From an uncultured Nitrososphaeraceae archaeon (lineage in GTDB: Archaea; Thermoproteota; Nitrososphaeria; Nitrososphaerales; Nitrososphaeraceae), in the NCBI GenBank assembly GCA_963825865.1, contig CAWGVG010000062.1, positions 64,001-128,000 on the forward strand: a stretch of DNA of 64,000 nt. Direction: 5' to 3'. Shown here one piece after another: positions 22,102 through 35,158 of the stretch. A model generated the notes under the pieces. That model was not told where the DNA came from and searched no databases. It saw only the letters and a program-made list of their open reading frames with translations. Within the stretch, counting starts at the first letter, position 1. Each line of letters begins with the position of its first letter. Position numbers and translations under genes: made by a program.

Positions 22102-23262
22102 TCAATGCTTCAAGGCTTCTCCCCCTTTCTTATTTCTAAAATATTGGAATAAGAAAGTGGCCGCTACCAATGTTGTGGCTAAACCTATGAGAAGAGATGA
22201 AATCAATGTAAATGGACTCGTACGTTCGGTTAAAACTGATGTAAATTGCAGGATAGGAAAATAGAGCAATGCAAGTACTACTAGACGTAAGATATCTGAC
22301 ATGGCCGTTACACTTCCCTTAAACCAGTTGCTTAACAGTGTACCTACAAATATCGTGGCAATACCAATCCACAGGAGTGTAATGGTACCGTGAACAAAGC
22401 TCCCGACAATTACTCTATCTTTAAGTATATTCATAACCCCCATATTAGGTGTGATCGCTTCTGGAGGAATACTTGAAACTCCGTTCGCTAATGATGCAAG
22501 TATAATCAGCACGCCAGCAAAAGCTGAGAATATTTTAATGAAGGCGGTGGGCGTGGGTCTTCCAAGAGAAACTAATGCTTTGTCTATATCGAATGCACGA
22601 ATAATGAAAGCACCACCTAGTATACTCAATGCTAAAGCTATAGCCTCCCTTGTTAACCCGAAAACTGTAGCAAGACCGCTCGCAACTAATAATGCCCCCG
22701 GAACCCCTAGAAAGAATTTTGAATACCGCGGGTCGTAAACGAGCATTTTAATGTATCTACCTAGAACTGCATAGGAATATTCAACACTCCGGCTATGTTT
22801 GATAATTATACGTTGAATAGATATGACTGGAATCATTGCTTGAATGATGGGGATAACTGTCTCATCGTCCTCACCGTCAGAGACGAGTACTGCTGCATCT
22901 GCCTTATACTTTGTAAGAATGTTCTGAATCTCCAAACTAATCTTTTCATCTGCTTCGATTCCACGATTAAACTTTCCGGCAACGAGAGCGACCTCCGAGT
23001 TATATCCCTTTGCAATAAGCTCTTCATACGTTTTAATTGCTCCAAAAATAGCATTAGCATCTGAATCTTCCGGATCTTCTATTGCTAATCTGGTTCCTGC
23101 GCTAATACAATGATCTCTACCTACAATAGGGGTTTCTATACCTCCCTTGGAACCAATATCATCATCTCTATCTATGCATAAAACAAGAATTCTACTATGG
23201 GTTGAAGATTTGGAGAAACTACTCCTTTGGGACATATCATCAGCATTAGATAGTGGAGACAT
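22102..23262 (-). CDS. DUF373 family membrane protein
   Basis: LVLCIDRDDDIG, DPEDSDAN and VSDGEDDE followed by multiple TM helices. Confidence 0.88.
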   Translation of the reverse strand: MSPLSNADDMSQRSSFSKSSTHSRILVLCIDRDDDIGSKGGIETPIVGRDHCISAGTRLAIEDPEDSDANAIFGAIKTYEELIAKGYNSEVALVAGKFNRGIEADEKISLEIQNILTKYKADAAVLVSDGEDDETVIPIIQAMIPVISIQRIIIKHSRSVEYSYAVLGRYIKMLVYDPRYSKFFLGVPGALLVASGLATVFGLTREAIALALSILGGAFIIRAFDIDKALVSLGRPTPTAFIKIFSAFAGVLIILASLANGVSSIPPEAITPNMGVMNILKDRVIVGSFVHGTITLLWIGIATIFVGTLLSNWFKGSVTAMSDILRLVVLALLYFPILQFTSVLTERTSPFTLISSLLIGLATTLVAATFLFQYFRNKKGGEALKH

Positions 23263-23766
23263 CTCTCATTACAACCTACAATATAATTTACCTATTAATT
23301 AATTTATTTAACATTACTTTGGGGCAGTAAGATGCAGTTTTTTAGGATATTATTCTTGATCGAACTGATTTCTTCTGTTGTAATGAGAAATAACAAGAAA
23401 GCAGAACTTACCCCGACAGAGTGTATTGTATAATTTCTATAATCACTTATGGTTTTTTTTACCCCGCTTTCTTTGCTACTATTAGAATGAATCTGAACGT
23501 TGGATCCATATTAAGGTCCGCTCTTGTTATTTTCACTGCTTGCTATATCTATAATGACAAAGTTTAGATGAGGTTACGTGGGAGCAAGAATTGTAAATTT
23601 TTTTAGAGACGCTAGCATCAATAGGATTCGCCGCAGATATAATGATCTAAACTCTTCAATAGCAGTAGGTACTGGTTTCGTTTCATTACACTATAAGGCA
23701 CTTGTGATGTTCCGACCAATTATGCAAGGAGATCCTAAAAAAGAATAGATCATATGATTATATGGA

Positions 23767-24123
23767 ATGAACATCGATAGTGTTGAAGAAGTTTTAGAAT
23801 CAGAGTTAAAAATATCAAAGGAAGAAGCGAAACTATTCATATTAATCATACACAGTGGTAGAATGGATACAAGAAAAATAACTCAGATGCTCAATTGGTC
23901 TGTAACTGAAGCTGATGCGGTAGCAAAGTCACTTATCAGTAGAGGAATGATTATCGACATTACAAATACAGAATATGAATCTCTTCATCCAAGATTTGCT
24001 GTTACCAACCGATATAGAAGACGATGTGAAGAAGAGAACACCCCTTTTACAAAAAACTTAAAAGTGGATAAAATTGGCTTTATACTAGAGCGTCCTTATA
24101 ATGATGCAAGAAGAACTAAATAA
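23767..24123 (+). CDS. TrmB-like winged-helix protein
   Basis: LKISKEEAKLFILI..LISRGMI..YESLHP wHTH pattern. Confidence 0.6.
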   Translation: MNIDSVEEVLESELKISKEEAKLFILIIHSGRMDTRKITQMLNWSVTEADAVAKSLISRGMIIDITNTEYESLHPRFAVTNRYRRRCEEENTPFTKNLKVDKIGFILERPYNDARRTK

Positions 24124-24145
24124 GGTGTTTTTCAGACTCAAGTAA

Positions 24146-24569
24146 ATGGTCTGCATCAGGTCCAACAGGCATTGATAAGGTAGTATATTTTGGTGTCATT
24201 AATGTAAATGAGAACGCTAGAACTATTGGTGCTGTAGATATCTGGCGTAGCGTAATTACCAAGGAACTATTTTGTGAAGAAAAACGATTAGGAATTTTGG
24301 AGATAGTGGATTATATTGGTATGTCGACAATTGACAAGAATAAAAAATGGGCAGTTGCAATAAGCAGAAAAAAAACTGGCACGGATAAATGGAAGTTAGT
24401 AAAATTGATTAAAGAAGGTAAATTCAAGTTTATAGATACGGATGATGAAACTCCAATAGAGGTTGACGTTAAAGACTATAAAATTATGGACAGTGAATGG
24501 TGGAGCTTTCTTGTTGAGAAAAACATAAATCATAATATAGAAGTAAATACGGAAACAAATGCAAAATGA
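24146..24569 (+). CDS. Conserved hypothetical protein; frameshift just after the start
   Basis: The frame of the 24297 ORF stays open upstream (ASGPTGIDKVVYFGVIN..) almost to ATG 24146. Confidence 0.6.
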
Positions 24570-24880
24570 TGGTTGGAAATGGACATGATGATAACATTCC
24601 TGTTATTTTTGTAAAAAGTGCAAGAGGAGGCGAAATAGCCAGTAAGCTAGTGGGTTATTTTGTTATTAAAGGTAAAGAATTTAGATTTACAGCAATTGCG
24701 TTTGGAAGGATTGGCGGACATAACATTAGCCTTACTTTAGCAAAAAAAACAGTAGAAAACATTAAGAAAATGGGAATAGATTCTGAACTATTGCAATTGA
24801 CCATCCAACGCAGATTAATTGAAGGTGATGTAATTCTACCAGAAGGGCTAAAAATGCCAGGACTAGAGATAAATTTTCAT
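24566..24880 (+). CDS. Conserved hypothetical protein
   Basis: FRFTAIAFGRIGGHNISL core; the track's read-through to 25042 is antisense to mtnP, so the true end is probably near 24880. Confidence 0.55.
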
Positions 24881-25680
24881 AGCAGTGCTCCTTCAAGTGC
24901 GTTTCCGCATCTACACTTGATTCTTTTAACGGAAATTTCTGGTATCAATTCTGCGATTAATTTTTTTGTCTTCTCCACATTCTTGTTTAGCAATTCTATA
25001 ACCTCCTTAGAACTTACTGGTAAAGGGGCCCACACATCATAATCCGTAACTGTAGCTATCGAAACGTAGCAGATTTCTGCTTCCCTCGCAAGAGGGCATT
25101 CAGGCACAAGTGTCATTCCTATAATATCTGCCTTCATAACATCCCTGAAAAATTGAGACTCGGCCCTTGTTGAAAATCTTGGTCCTTCTATGCAAACATA
25201 GGTCGCTTTTTTATGATAAGTATACTCCATTTTATTTAGATAGTTTGACACCACTTGACGCAGCTCAGGACAGAACGGATCGGCAACTGAGATATGACAA
25301 ACCTCTCCTCCATCATAAAACGTATAATTCCTTCCTTTCGTAAAGTCAACAAACTGATCGGGAATTGCAATGTCCCCGGGCTTGTATTCATTTTTCATGC
25401 TTCCTACTGTTGTTGGAGCGATAATTCTTTTTACACCAAGCTGCTTTAATGCCCAGATATTTGCACGGCTGTTAACTTTATGAGGTGGAATTCGATGTCC
25501 TTTTCCGTGTCTTGGGATGAAGGCCACTTTTCTACCTGCGAATTCTCCAATAGTGATAAGATCAGAAGGTTCACCGAACGGAGTATAAACTTTAATATCC
25601 TTCTTCTCATTAAAAAGCCCAGAATCATATACACCCGTTCCTCCTATAATTCCAATGTCACTGAAGTATTTTGTAGCCAT
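24877..25680 (-). CDS. mtnP: S-methyl-5'-thioadenosine phosphorylase
   Basis: IGIIGGTG, PRHG, EGPRFSTRAES, GMT and TDYD. Confidence 0.95.
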   Translation of the reverse strand: MATKYFSDIGIIGGTGVYDSGLFNEKKDIKVYTPFGEPSDLITIGEFAGRKVAFIPRHGKGHRIPPHKVNSRANIWALKQLGVKRIIAPTTVGSMKNEYKPGDIAIPDQFVDFTKGRNYTFYDGGEVCHISVADPFCPELRQVVSNYLNKMEYTYHKKATYVCIEGPRFSTRAESQFFRDVMKADIIGMTLVPECPLAREAEICYVSIATVTDYDVWAPLPVSSKEVIELLNKNVEKTKKLIAELIPEISVKRIKCRCGNALEGALL

Positions 25681-25683
25681 TGT

Positions 25684-26227
25684 TTAGCCATACACTGTCA
25701 ATGAATATACATCATAACCCATCTTTCTCAACTTGTTCGCTCCATCGAGTGCTGCTTAATTCTATTACAATTGCAAAACCAGCAACTTTGCCACCTAATT
25801 CTTCTACCAGACGAGCGGCAGCAATAGCCGTTCCACCTGTTGCAATTAGATCATCCGCAATCAAAATTCTCTGATCGTGATTTAATGCATCTTTTTGAAT
25901 TTCCATCACCGCACTGCCGTATTCAATATCATATGATTTTTTGATTGTTTGACCTGGTAACTTGCCAGCCTTTCGGATCATAATCATACCTTTGCCGAAC
26001 TTTAATGCTAAAGCAGTTGCTATTACAAAGCCTCGTGATTCTATCCCACCAATGTAATCAATTTTAAATTTTCTGAACCTACAGTAAAACTCATCTGAAA
26101 TATAATTCAAGGCTCCATTGTTACGGAAAACTGGATTAATGTCTCTAAACAGAATTCCCTGCCTAGGAAAATCTGGGCAATTATGTATTAATTTATGCAG
26201 ATCAATTCGATTTGCAGTCATAGACAT
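25684..26227 (-). CDS. apt: Adenine phosphoribosyltransferase; C-terminal frameshift
   Basis: PDFPRQGILFRDI, ESRGF, RKAGKLPG and DDLIATGGT PRPP loop. Confidence 0.95.
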
Positions 26228-26409
26228 TATACAGCCAAAATCTCAGTATAAAAAATGTTTCAATTGAATACTTTTTAACATGTTTATAAAATAGTATTTT
26301 AATACAGGTAGTTGATTCCTATGTTCTGAAACATGTGTTTTTCATATCCACACGTTTTTAATAAATCTTGACAATACATAAATAACATCAGTAATATATG
26401 TACTTTAGT

Positions 26410-27921
26410 ATGCCTATTAGGAATGGTGCCGAATACATTCAAAGCCTCAGAGGCAGAAACCTCAAAGTCTATTTGTTTGGAGAATTAGTTAAAGAACCTG
26501 TAGACCATCCAATGATTCGGCCTTCTATTAATGCAGTGGCGGAAACATACGATATAGCAAATGAAGAGCCGGAAATTGCTTCTGTACAATCCTCCCTAAC
26601 TGGCTCGAAGGTGAATAGATTTTTACATATTACTGAGAATACGATGGATTTGGTCAACCAAAATAAGATGCAGAGGAAGCTTGGTCAGCTCACTGCAACT
26701 TGCTTTCAGCGTTGCGTCGGTATGGATGCTTTGAATTCATTATACTCTACTACTTTTGAAATGGACACAAAGTATCGCACTATATATCATAAACGCCTAA
26801 TTGAGTTTATCAAAATGATTCAGGACGAGAACTTTGTTATTGGTGGTGCGATGACGGACGTAAAAGGCGACCGCAGCCTGTCACCATCACAACAAGAAGA
26901 TCCTGATATGTTTGTTCATATAGTAAAAAGAGACGAAAAGGGTATATATATTACGGGCGCAAAAGCACATCAGACAGGTTGCATTAATTCTCATTGGATT
27001 ATTGTTATGCCAACAATGAGACTCCGGCCAGAAGACAAAGATTATGCCATTGTTGGTGCGGTACCGGCAGATGCAAAGGGCATTACATATATTTACGGTA
27101 GACAATCTTGTGACACACGAAGTATGGAGGAGGGCGACCTAGATGCAGGAAACGCGAAGTTCTCAGGACAGGAAGCCATGATAATCTTTGACAATGTATT
27201 CATACCTAATGAACTAATTTTTATGCACGGCGAATACGATTTTGCCGCGATGTTGATCGAACGCTTCACATGTTACCACAGAAGAAGCTATGTATGTAAA
27301 ACCGGTCTAGGAGATGTTCTCATAGGAGCATCAGCTGCTATTGCAGATTACAATGGTGTAGCAAACGCCTCTCATATTAAGGACAAGTTGGTAGAGATGA
27401 CACATCTGAATGAAACAATATTTGCAGCAGGAATTGCATCCTCATACCAGGCACACAAAACGGCTTCAGGTAATTATCAAAATGATGACATGCTAGCAAA
27501 CGTATGTAAACACAATGTGACCAGATTCCCATATGAGATTAGCAGATTGGCACAAGACATAGCCGGTGGACTGATGGTAACGATGCCATCTGAGAAGGAT
27601 TTCAGGAGTGCTGAAACTGGTCCACTATTAGAAAAATATCTAAGAGGTAGAAAAGGTGTCTCTACCGAAAATAGAGTAAGAATATTGAGACTAATTGAAA
27701 ACATGACACTTGGACGTAATGCTGTTGGATATCTAACCGAATCAATGCATGGTGCAGGCTCACCCCAAGCCCAGAGAATACAGATTGCACGTCAAATGCA
27801 ACTTGAATACAAAAAGAAACTCGCCAAAAATCTTGCTAACGTTGCAGAAGGTGAAGCAAACGAACTTACTCAAGAGCAATCAGAGTACTTTGACAGAATA
27901 TTTGGCAAAAATAGAACATAG
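26410..27921 (+). CDS. abfD: 4-hydroxybutyryl-CoA dehydratase (3HP/4HB cycle)
   Basis: TCFQRCVGMD, MTDVKGDRS, YHRRSYVCK and ESMHGAGSPQAQR. Confidence 0.95.
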   Translation: MPIRNGAEYIQSLRGRNLKVYLFGELVKEPVDHPMIRPSINAVAETYDIANEEPEIASVQSSLTGSKVNRFLHITENTMDLVNQNKMQRKLGQLTATCFQRCVGMDALNSLYSTTFEMDTKYRTIYHKRLIEFIKMIQDENFVIGGAMTDVKGDRSLSPSQQEDPDMFVHIVKRDEKGIYITGAKAHQTGCINSHWIIVMPTMRLRPEDKDYAIVGAVPADAKGITYIYGRQSCDTRSMEEGDLDAGNAKFSGQEAMIIFDNVFIPNELIFMHGEYDFAAMLIERFTCYHRRSYVCKTGLGDVLIGASAAIADYNGVANASHIKDKLVEMTHLNETIFAAGIASSYQAHKTASGNYQNDDMLANVCKHNVTRFPYEISRLAQDIAGGLMVTMPSEKDFRSAETGPLLEKYLRGRKGVSTENRVRILRLIENMTLGRNAVGYLTESMHGAGSPQAQRIQIARQMQLEYKKKLAKNLANVAEGEANELTQEQSEYFDRIFGKNRT

Positions 27922-28823
27922 GACAAAAGGAAAACGAGGGTTCTGTAAACTTGTCGTCGGATAACGGTCTTAGATAAGAGAGGTATTGTAATAGCCTTGA
28001 TAGTTTTGAATTCATAATCTCAATATCTTTTCTTTCATAACACAACTGATATATAGATATCCATTTATTACAACCAAACCTATTTGAGTGGCTTTAGCTA
28101 AAAGCTCATTTACTAGTTTGGCCAAAGCCTGTGCTATATATTAGTAAAATGACACAAAGCAGTAGTGCCAACAAAATATGATAATTGCTATAACCAACAC
28201 TTTATTGTGACTTTATCTATCAGCAGATCCTGTTAGGGATCGATATAAAATAGGCATTTAAGATAGTTTTGAGAAACAAATAAGACTAGTTTCCAGAGAA
28301 AAATATATCGTAAAAAAAGTAGAAGCTATGTAAATAGTTTTAATAGATAGTATGCTTTACAGGCTAAATAGGAAAAGACAAAGCTAATTGTATGTAGCCT
28401 AAGGAAAGACATGAGTCCAGATTCAGAGATTTTTAGTTACTTCCAGTTAGCAGAAATGGTTAAGAAGCGTCCTACTAAAATCATGAAATAACAAGAAATT
28501 GAATGTATACTAGAATTATTATAAAAAGAGACATCAAATTATATCCAATAAGTCAGATGGCTTTTTATCAAAACAAGCGTTGCATATATAATTTTCACGC
28601 TAGAAATGACCCCTTTATCTTTGTTTCTCAAGATTTTATCCTATAATCCGTGAACGCGTAGAGATATGTCTGTAATACAAATAGTTGTAAAAACCAATCG
28701 AACTGGATTCCATTTTTTACAGTATTAGATTCCTTTCTCGTCTTCATCTAAGGTCGATTAAAGCGTACAAAACGATTATGTATGAGTGAAGTGTATATTA
28801 CAATAGTCGACGGGGTTAACTGA

Positions 28824-29249
28824 TTGAAATTAAGTGATGCTGATTTAGAGGACGTGACAGGTAAGAGTTTTAGAATCATAATCGACAATGGAAAAGATGG
28901 CATACTTCAATCCAAACTCTGGAAGGAGCTTGATCTCACCAGTCGTGACGGCTCTCGTGTAGCGATTCGCCTTGAGAAACGCTCTCTAATAAAAAGGCAG
29001 AAAATCCTCCAAAATGGACGATGGACTTACAAACTTTTTGCTGTCAAATTACCTGTTGGAACACAATCCATAGATCAAGTGCCGTGTTTAACTTGCCCAG
29101 TCGAACATATGTGCTCCGTTGATGCACCTTACAGCCCTAATAATTGCAATTTAATTGAAGATTGGATTTTATTTTCATTTGATGGTTCAGGTAAACAACA
29201 ACCGCTAAATAAACAAGACCTTTCAAAAAGTAAAATCAGAAGAGTATGA
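28824..29249 (+). CDS. Transcription factor E beta subunit (RPC34-like wHTH plus Fe-S domain)
   Basis: GILQSKLWKELDLTSRDGSR wHTH, then PCLTCPVEHMC..PNNC..IEDW four-Cys cluster. Confidence 0.8.
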   Translation: MKLSDADLEDVTGKSFRIIIDNGKDGILQSKLWKELDLTSRDGSRVAIRLEKRSLIKRQKILQNGRWTYKLFAVKLPVGTQSIDQVPCLTCPVEHMCSVDAPYSPNNCNLIEDWILFSFDGSGKQQPLNKQDLSKSKIRRV

Positions 29250-29670
29250 ACTCATCATTAGAGAAGTGAAGGCGACGACAGAGCATCAAAAGAACAGGTA
29301 GCAAAGCACAGCCAAAAAATGATGATAAATCTAGCGAAGACATAGGTTTATGGACGAATCTAGCGTCTATGTCGCCGATATAAGAAAGGTCAAACGTAAT
29401 TTCAATATCGATCGATTATCGAAAAATATGCAAACGTCATTATCCAATTGTTGTTGGTTCATCCGGTTACATAGCCTTGTTTGGCAAGCTCAGTGAGGGA
29501 TACATGGTTAGTTGCTGCTCATAAATATAAGGGATATTTTTGATTTACGACTATGTACCGGAAATCACAGGAATGATAATACTTATAGTGTGCAAGTCTA
29601 TTATTAATTACATAATGTATTATATTGCAGTTGAAATTCAACTAATGTAATATTAATCAATGGATCATAA

Positions 29671-30648
29671 ATGAAAACCCAATTTGCTCACCATCTTGTA
29701 TGTCTTCAGCATACTGAAAAACAACCTCGTCTTTCATTAGAAATTCTTCATATGGTAGATGAAAATGAATGTCTAGAGGGTTTTCTGAAATGTAATGATT
29801 GCGAAACCATATATCCAATAATTGAAGGGGTTGCAATTGTAGTAAAAGATTTTGTAAAATATGCTGAAGACAGAAGATCGGTTTATGGTAGGTGGCTATT
29901 GAACAGCAAAACAGCAAAGATGAAGAACTTTCTCAAAGAAAGTGCCACACATTTGTCATCTCCTAGTGCTAAAAATGACCGATATGAAGAGGGTGGTATT
30001 TGGTTTGTTCCATATAGATGGGTTCAATATGATCATTCTAGCGAGGATAGACTTCTTAGCACACTTCGTTGGCATTTGAAACCAAATGATCTTTATAATA
30101 GGGTTGCCCATGGAATAACCCCCAAAATGGACGGAGTAGCCCTTGATATGGCGTGTTCAATGGGTTATAGCACATTACAGCTAGCAAAAAAATATGCATT
30201 TGTAATTGGCATTGATTTATCCTTTTCTTTTATTCTAGAAGCCAGAAAAAGAATGTATAAATCAAAACAAGGAAACGTTGAGTTTTGTATTGCTAATTCA
30301 TTAAACACTCCATTTAATCCATTGAAATTTGATTTGATACTTGCGCTTAATTTACTGGAATTAGTCAAACCAAAGGAATTATTATCTTCAATCCATTGGT
30401 TACTAAAACCACACGCAGATGTTATATTGACAGACCCCTATGACTTCAACCGGGATCCTCAACCAAAGGAAACTTTCGATGCTCAGTCTTTCAGAACGCT
30501 AGTTGAAGATTCAGGATTTGAAATCGGTGAAAAAAGCATTAGAAATGAATCTTTCATTCCATGGATATTAAAAGTAAACGAACGTGCTTATCTTTTTTAC
30601 TTTGTAGATTATATCAAGGCAAAAAAACTTTCAAAACATAAATTTTAA
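29671..30648 (+). CDS. Class I SAM methyltransferase with N-terminal Trm112-like domain
   Basis: [22 protein letters not shown] Trm112-like segment; LDMACSMG and GIDLS SAM-binding motifs. Confidence 0.8.
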   Translation: MKTQFAHHLVCLQHTEKQPRLSLEILHMVDENECLEGFLKCNDCETIYPIIEGVAIVVKDFVKYAEDRRSVYGRWLLNSKTAKMKNFLKESATHLSSPSAKNDRYEEGGIWFVPYRWVQYDHSSEDRLLSTLRWHLKPNDLYNRVAHGITPKMDGVALDMACSMGYSTLQLAKKYAFVIGIDLSFSFILEARKRMYKSKQGNVEFCIANSLNTPFNPLKFDLILALNLLELVKPKELLSSIHWLLKPHADVILTDPYDFNRDPQPKETFDAQSFRTLVEDSGFEIGEKSIRNESFIPWILKVNERAYLFYFVDYIKAKKLSKHKF

Positions 30649-31070
30649 TGGCCATATTTAGTCTTACAAGTGGAATTTCAACTATATAACCTGATATTAA
30701 TATGACTATAGATAACTTTGAATATCAAAGATGAAGTATACATAAATTTATTAACCTGATCGTGATACATGTTCAGATTTGCTTCCGCAGTACATCGATC
30801 AAAATATATACTCAAAATATATACTATACTAAGAGTTGAATCGGCAGATTACCTAATCAAAAGCGATTGTAATGTTATTGAAGCGAGTAGTCTAATAGTT
30901 TGCGTTAGAATGTATGAGAACATAGCAAAAGGTAGAAAATATGATTTATGCCAAATAATACATCAAAGAATGCACGGATATTCTTAGCCGGCCCCTTTGC
31001 AACACGATTGTGATGCTGCTACTGCTATTGCCAAAGATATTCGAATAATAGTGCCCTTCTTACTTCCTGG

Positions 31071-31920
31071 TTACCTATAGCATTCAGAAAACATATTTTT
31101 GCGTCCAGATTTATCTCTGTATATCCTTCCAAACTCCGCCATTACAGAGAGTTGTTTTCCATTAAAAACTGTGCCATCTTTACAAACGAGTTTATCTTCA
31201 ATACAACAACTTGCACAAATCCCTATTCCACATTTCATATATCGTTCAAGACTAGCCTGAATGGGTAATGAATACGCTAGAAGCAATATCAAAAACCTTT
31301 TTCATCATTAATTCCGGTCCACAAGTATAAACATATCGAACGTTTCTTATTTAAGATCTCAGTCATGGCATCAGTCGCGTATCCTTTAACTCCATAATCA
31401 CCATCTTCTGTAGCTGACAATTATTTCATGTTTTGTTTCACGCAAGAACATCATTGCTTGTATTTTCAAAAAACACCTTCTCTTTTTGAACTTGCCCCAA
31501 TAATTATAGTAGTGTACAATTTTCGTTTCGTTCAATTTTTGTGGCTAGCCTTAATTAAAGGTACAAGTCCTGTTCCTCCACCAACTAATAGTACTGTTTT
31601 TAGCACTCGATGCCAATTTTGAAATTGATTGCCATAAGGACCACGAATCCCAAGCATCTCACCATTTCGTTTATTGAACAGCGCTGTCGACCCAAATCCA
31701 TGTTTGCGTATTGTGATCAGCGGCCGGTCTTTCTTATCGGACAACCATAACACTCATGGGAACTTCTTCTGACCCCCGGAATCCAGACCATTACGAAACT
31801 GGCCGGGTTTTGCCTTGGAAGATACTATTATCCTTAAAGACAATAGTCTTGACAGTAAGAGTTTCTATTTAGACCCGTTCAATAACAACAGCTTCTTATA
31901 ATGTTAATATTTATGGGCAA
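31071..31920 (-). CDS. pyrK: Dihydroorotate dehydrogenase electron transfer subunit; many frameshifts
   Basis: RGPYGN, GGGTGLVP, CGPE and ERYMKCGIGICASC..VCKDGTVF [2Fe-2S] motif across fragments. Confidence 0.88.
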
Positions 31921-31926
31921 GTCCTA

Positions 31927-32844
31927 CTAACTCCGTGAGTTTTTCAATCCCTTTTCTATCCAAATATCTTTTAAGACCCAGACATATTTACTCAAATGCC
32001 CCAAATCCTTCGATATCCAATCACAGTACCTAATTGTATTGCTGATGCCCCTGCGAGCATAAACTCTACAGCATCTTCCCAAGTGAATATTCCACCACAT
32101 CCAATTACCGGAATGCGACATTTTTAGAAATTTCAAAAACACATCTGACGCCTATGGGTTTTACTCGATTTGCCTGACAGTCCACCAATTTTATTACTCA
32201 GCACCGGGCATTCCAGTTTCAAGTTGATAGTCATGGCACGAATTGTATTGATTGCAGTAATCGCATCAGCTCCTGCATCTTTTGCAACCCTTGCAATTTC
32301 AAGCTAGGTCTACATTTCCAAGGCCAACTTTAACAATCAACCGGCTTAGTGTATTAGACTTTATAGTCTTTACAATCTTGGTTACCATATCAGGATCATC
32401 TCCAACCTCCATGCCCATTTTGGCTACATGTGGACATGATAGATTAATTTCATAACCAAGAATATTCAGGTCATCAAATTTATTTATCATTGATGGAAAA
32501 TCGTCATGAGATGAACCAACCAAACTGACTATAATCGGAACATATTGGTTATTCGCGATTTCCTTCGAAAATGCATCTGCTCCCGGGTTTGCAAGACCCA
32601 CAGCATTCAGATAACTACCACCTTCCAAAGAGACAACAGTAGGATTTCTATAACCCTCTATGGGCTTGATACTAATTGATTTGCTCACTATCGCTCCAAC
32701 CTCTGCGTTATAAAGCCTATTGAAAATATCCTGAGAAATACCTAAAAAACCAGAAGCAAGCATAGTGGGATTACGAAGCTTTATGCCTGCAAGACTTACA
32801 GAGAGGAATTCATCATGTGCCTGTGGCTGTTGCCTCCTTTTCAA
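31927..32844 (-). CDS. pyrD: Dihydroorotate dehydrogenase 1B catalytic subunit; several frameshifts
   Basis: [13 protein letters not shown] and EINLSCPH; AINT and GGLSG in downstream frames. Confidence 0.9.
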
Positions 32845-33124
32845 TCTTCAACGCATCCCCCAGAACTTGGGAACATGTTAATGAAGCATCTAGGATTCAT
32901 TCTCTCGAACAAACTGCTTTTTATCTGTAATTTATTTAATCGGTCGTTATCTTTCAAAGAATTATTGAATTCATTTATCATATGTAAAAAAGGAAGGTTA
33001 TTGTTATTAACGTTGATTGTTATGCTCTTTGCATGCAGTAAGACAGAGTCCCTATTGATCATTAGATCTTTCGGAATTCTTAACGCCGGTATATTGGCCA
33101 TACGGAACGTAAACATCGTTCCAT
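32841..33124 (-). CDS. Hypothetical protein upstream of pyrD
   Basis: ORF coupled to the pyrD start; start uncertain. Confidence 0.45.
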
Positions 33125-33433
33125 ATTAGTCCCTTTGTAAGTGAAAATTTGTTACATCCAGTTTCAATCATATCCAAACTAATGACCTTATTTTCACTTG
33201 TAATTACTTTCTTGCCAAATCAGTTTTTATATTTAGGCATTTTCTAATAAATAAATAAATAAAATTATTCAGGAAATATCATGTAAGATAAGCAGACAAA
33301 TCTTATCAATAAAAAGAGGAATCAGGAGAGAAGGATGTCCTAAATATCAAACTAATAGAGAAACAAAATTACCTAGGTCAGACAATATAAGATTACTCTA
33401 CATACAATACATTATCTAATTGTGCAAATTTAG

Positions 33434-34505
33434 CTAAAACCTATTTATTACTGACCTAAAACCACAATATTTTTCGGTAGCTAACATTGCTTCCTTTATG
33501 TTATTAAGTGAATATCTCTGACTAACTATCCTTGATAGATTGACTTTTTTATCTACTACAAGTCGAACAGCTTTTTGAAGCATAGTGGGTGTAGAGCTAA
33601 AGCTACCAGTAATGGAAATTTGATTATAATGAAGCCAATTGGGATTTAATGGAATACTTTTGTCATTCGGCATACCTGCAAATATATTAATTTTTGAGTT
33701 CTTACTTGCGATTTTTATTGCTAAACTTAAAGCTATAGGATTACTTGTAGCAATTATGACAATATTAGCACCAATTCCATGTGTGAAGTCTAAAATCTTA
33801 TACATTGTCTCATTACTATCACTACCAATTACCGTGCGATCTGCTCCCATAGATTTTGCTTTTTGTATTCTTGCTGGGATTTTGCCAACCAGAATGGTTT
33901 TCGCCCCATATAATTTTTTTGATAACTGAAGATGAAGCAATCCTATCGGTCCGTCTCCTATTATAACAACCGAGCTTTCTTTTGTAACTGCACCGATATG
34001 AAAAAAACCGTTTAAACAGCAAGCTAATGGTTCAAGCAAAGCTGCCTCTTTCGCTACTTAGAGTATCTGGTATCGAGATTAGACCGCCGATGCGGAGAAT
34101 TTCTTCTGGTATCTTAACGTATTCTGCAAAACCTCCATCAATAGTCGATCCTATTTCCCTTAGATTTATACAGAGATTGTATTGTTTATTATGGCAGTAT
34201 TCACAGATTAAGCAAGGTATTATGGGTGAAACAGCTACTCTTGTACCAGCTTTGATCACTTTTCCCTTAGCCATAGTTATCGTTTCCATGCTTTCACCAC
34301 AAAGTTCATGTCCTAATATTATAGGGGGTGTAACTTTCTGATGTCCATTTCTAAATACTCTTGCATCATATCCGCATATTGCACATGCTTTTACTCTTAA
34401 TATAACGCCTTTTTTATCAGGCTTTGAAAATGGTATGTCTCCTATGGCTATGTTATTCGGACTATAAAACACAGCAGCATGCATCTTTTTTGGAGGTGAA
34501 AACAA
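33434..34505 (-). CDS. Zn-dependent medium-chain alcohol/sugar dehydrogenase; frameshift near 34040
   Basis: ICGYD, LGHE, structural-Zn CLICEYC..C, EPLAC and GDGPIG. Confidence 0.9.
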
Positions 34506-35158
34506 CTAGGTAAGGTAGTTTATTCGACAAATGTAAAAAGGATTATGCTGCCTTTCAATAGCGATAACAAGGATAGGGTAGAGGGCATAAAGATCTTCTA
34601 GGATAATATTTTTGGTATCTAAAGAGATTTGAAACTAAAAAGTGGCTTGGAATTGAACATTTTGTATGTATTTTTGTAATCTAAAAGAAGCAATAAGAAA
34701 ACCGTTGGCAATAGATGCCAAAGAGTCGTAAGACTAAGTATGTGTTGCTAAGCCATAGAAAAAGATGCTGCCTACAGCTAATTTATTCATGGAATATGAC
34801 AGTCACAAGTTATAGGACCTGTAAATACACTCTAGCAGATAATAATTGTAATGAGTAAGACAGAAAAAACATATTAATAGATCAGAACACAGAAGTACTA
34901 TTGAAAAAAACTTGTTCTGGACAAGCTTTCATAATAATTGGGCTCCTCGGCGAGGAATGAAAATAATATTAATAATGTATGGACCGAGGTATTTTATATC
35001 TGTTAAGTTTTCTGGTAGCAGCTGGAGAAAGGGGATTTAGTTTGAATGAACTTGAAAAGCTAGTCGTCTTCTTTCATCATACATTTCATCATATGTATAA
35101 TTTCTCTAGACAATCTTTGAGCTTTACATGTATGCCATAGACCGTTATTCTAAAGACT

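Noticed and set aside
27960-28820. Long gap after the 4-hydroxybutyryl-CoA dehydratase gene as a possible ncRNA locus
   Set aside because: AT-rich, with no stable stems, repeats or recognisable RNA motif seen by eye.
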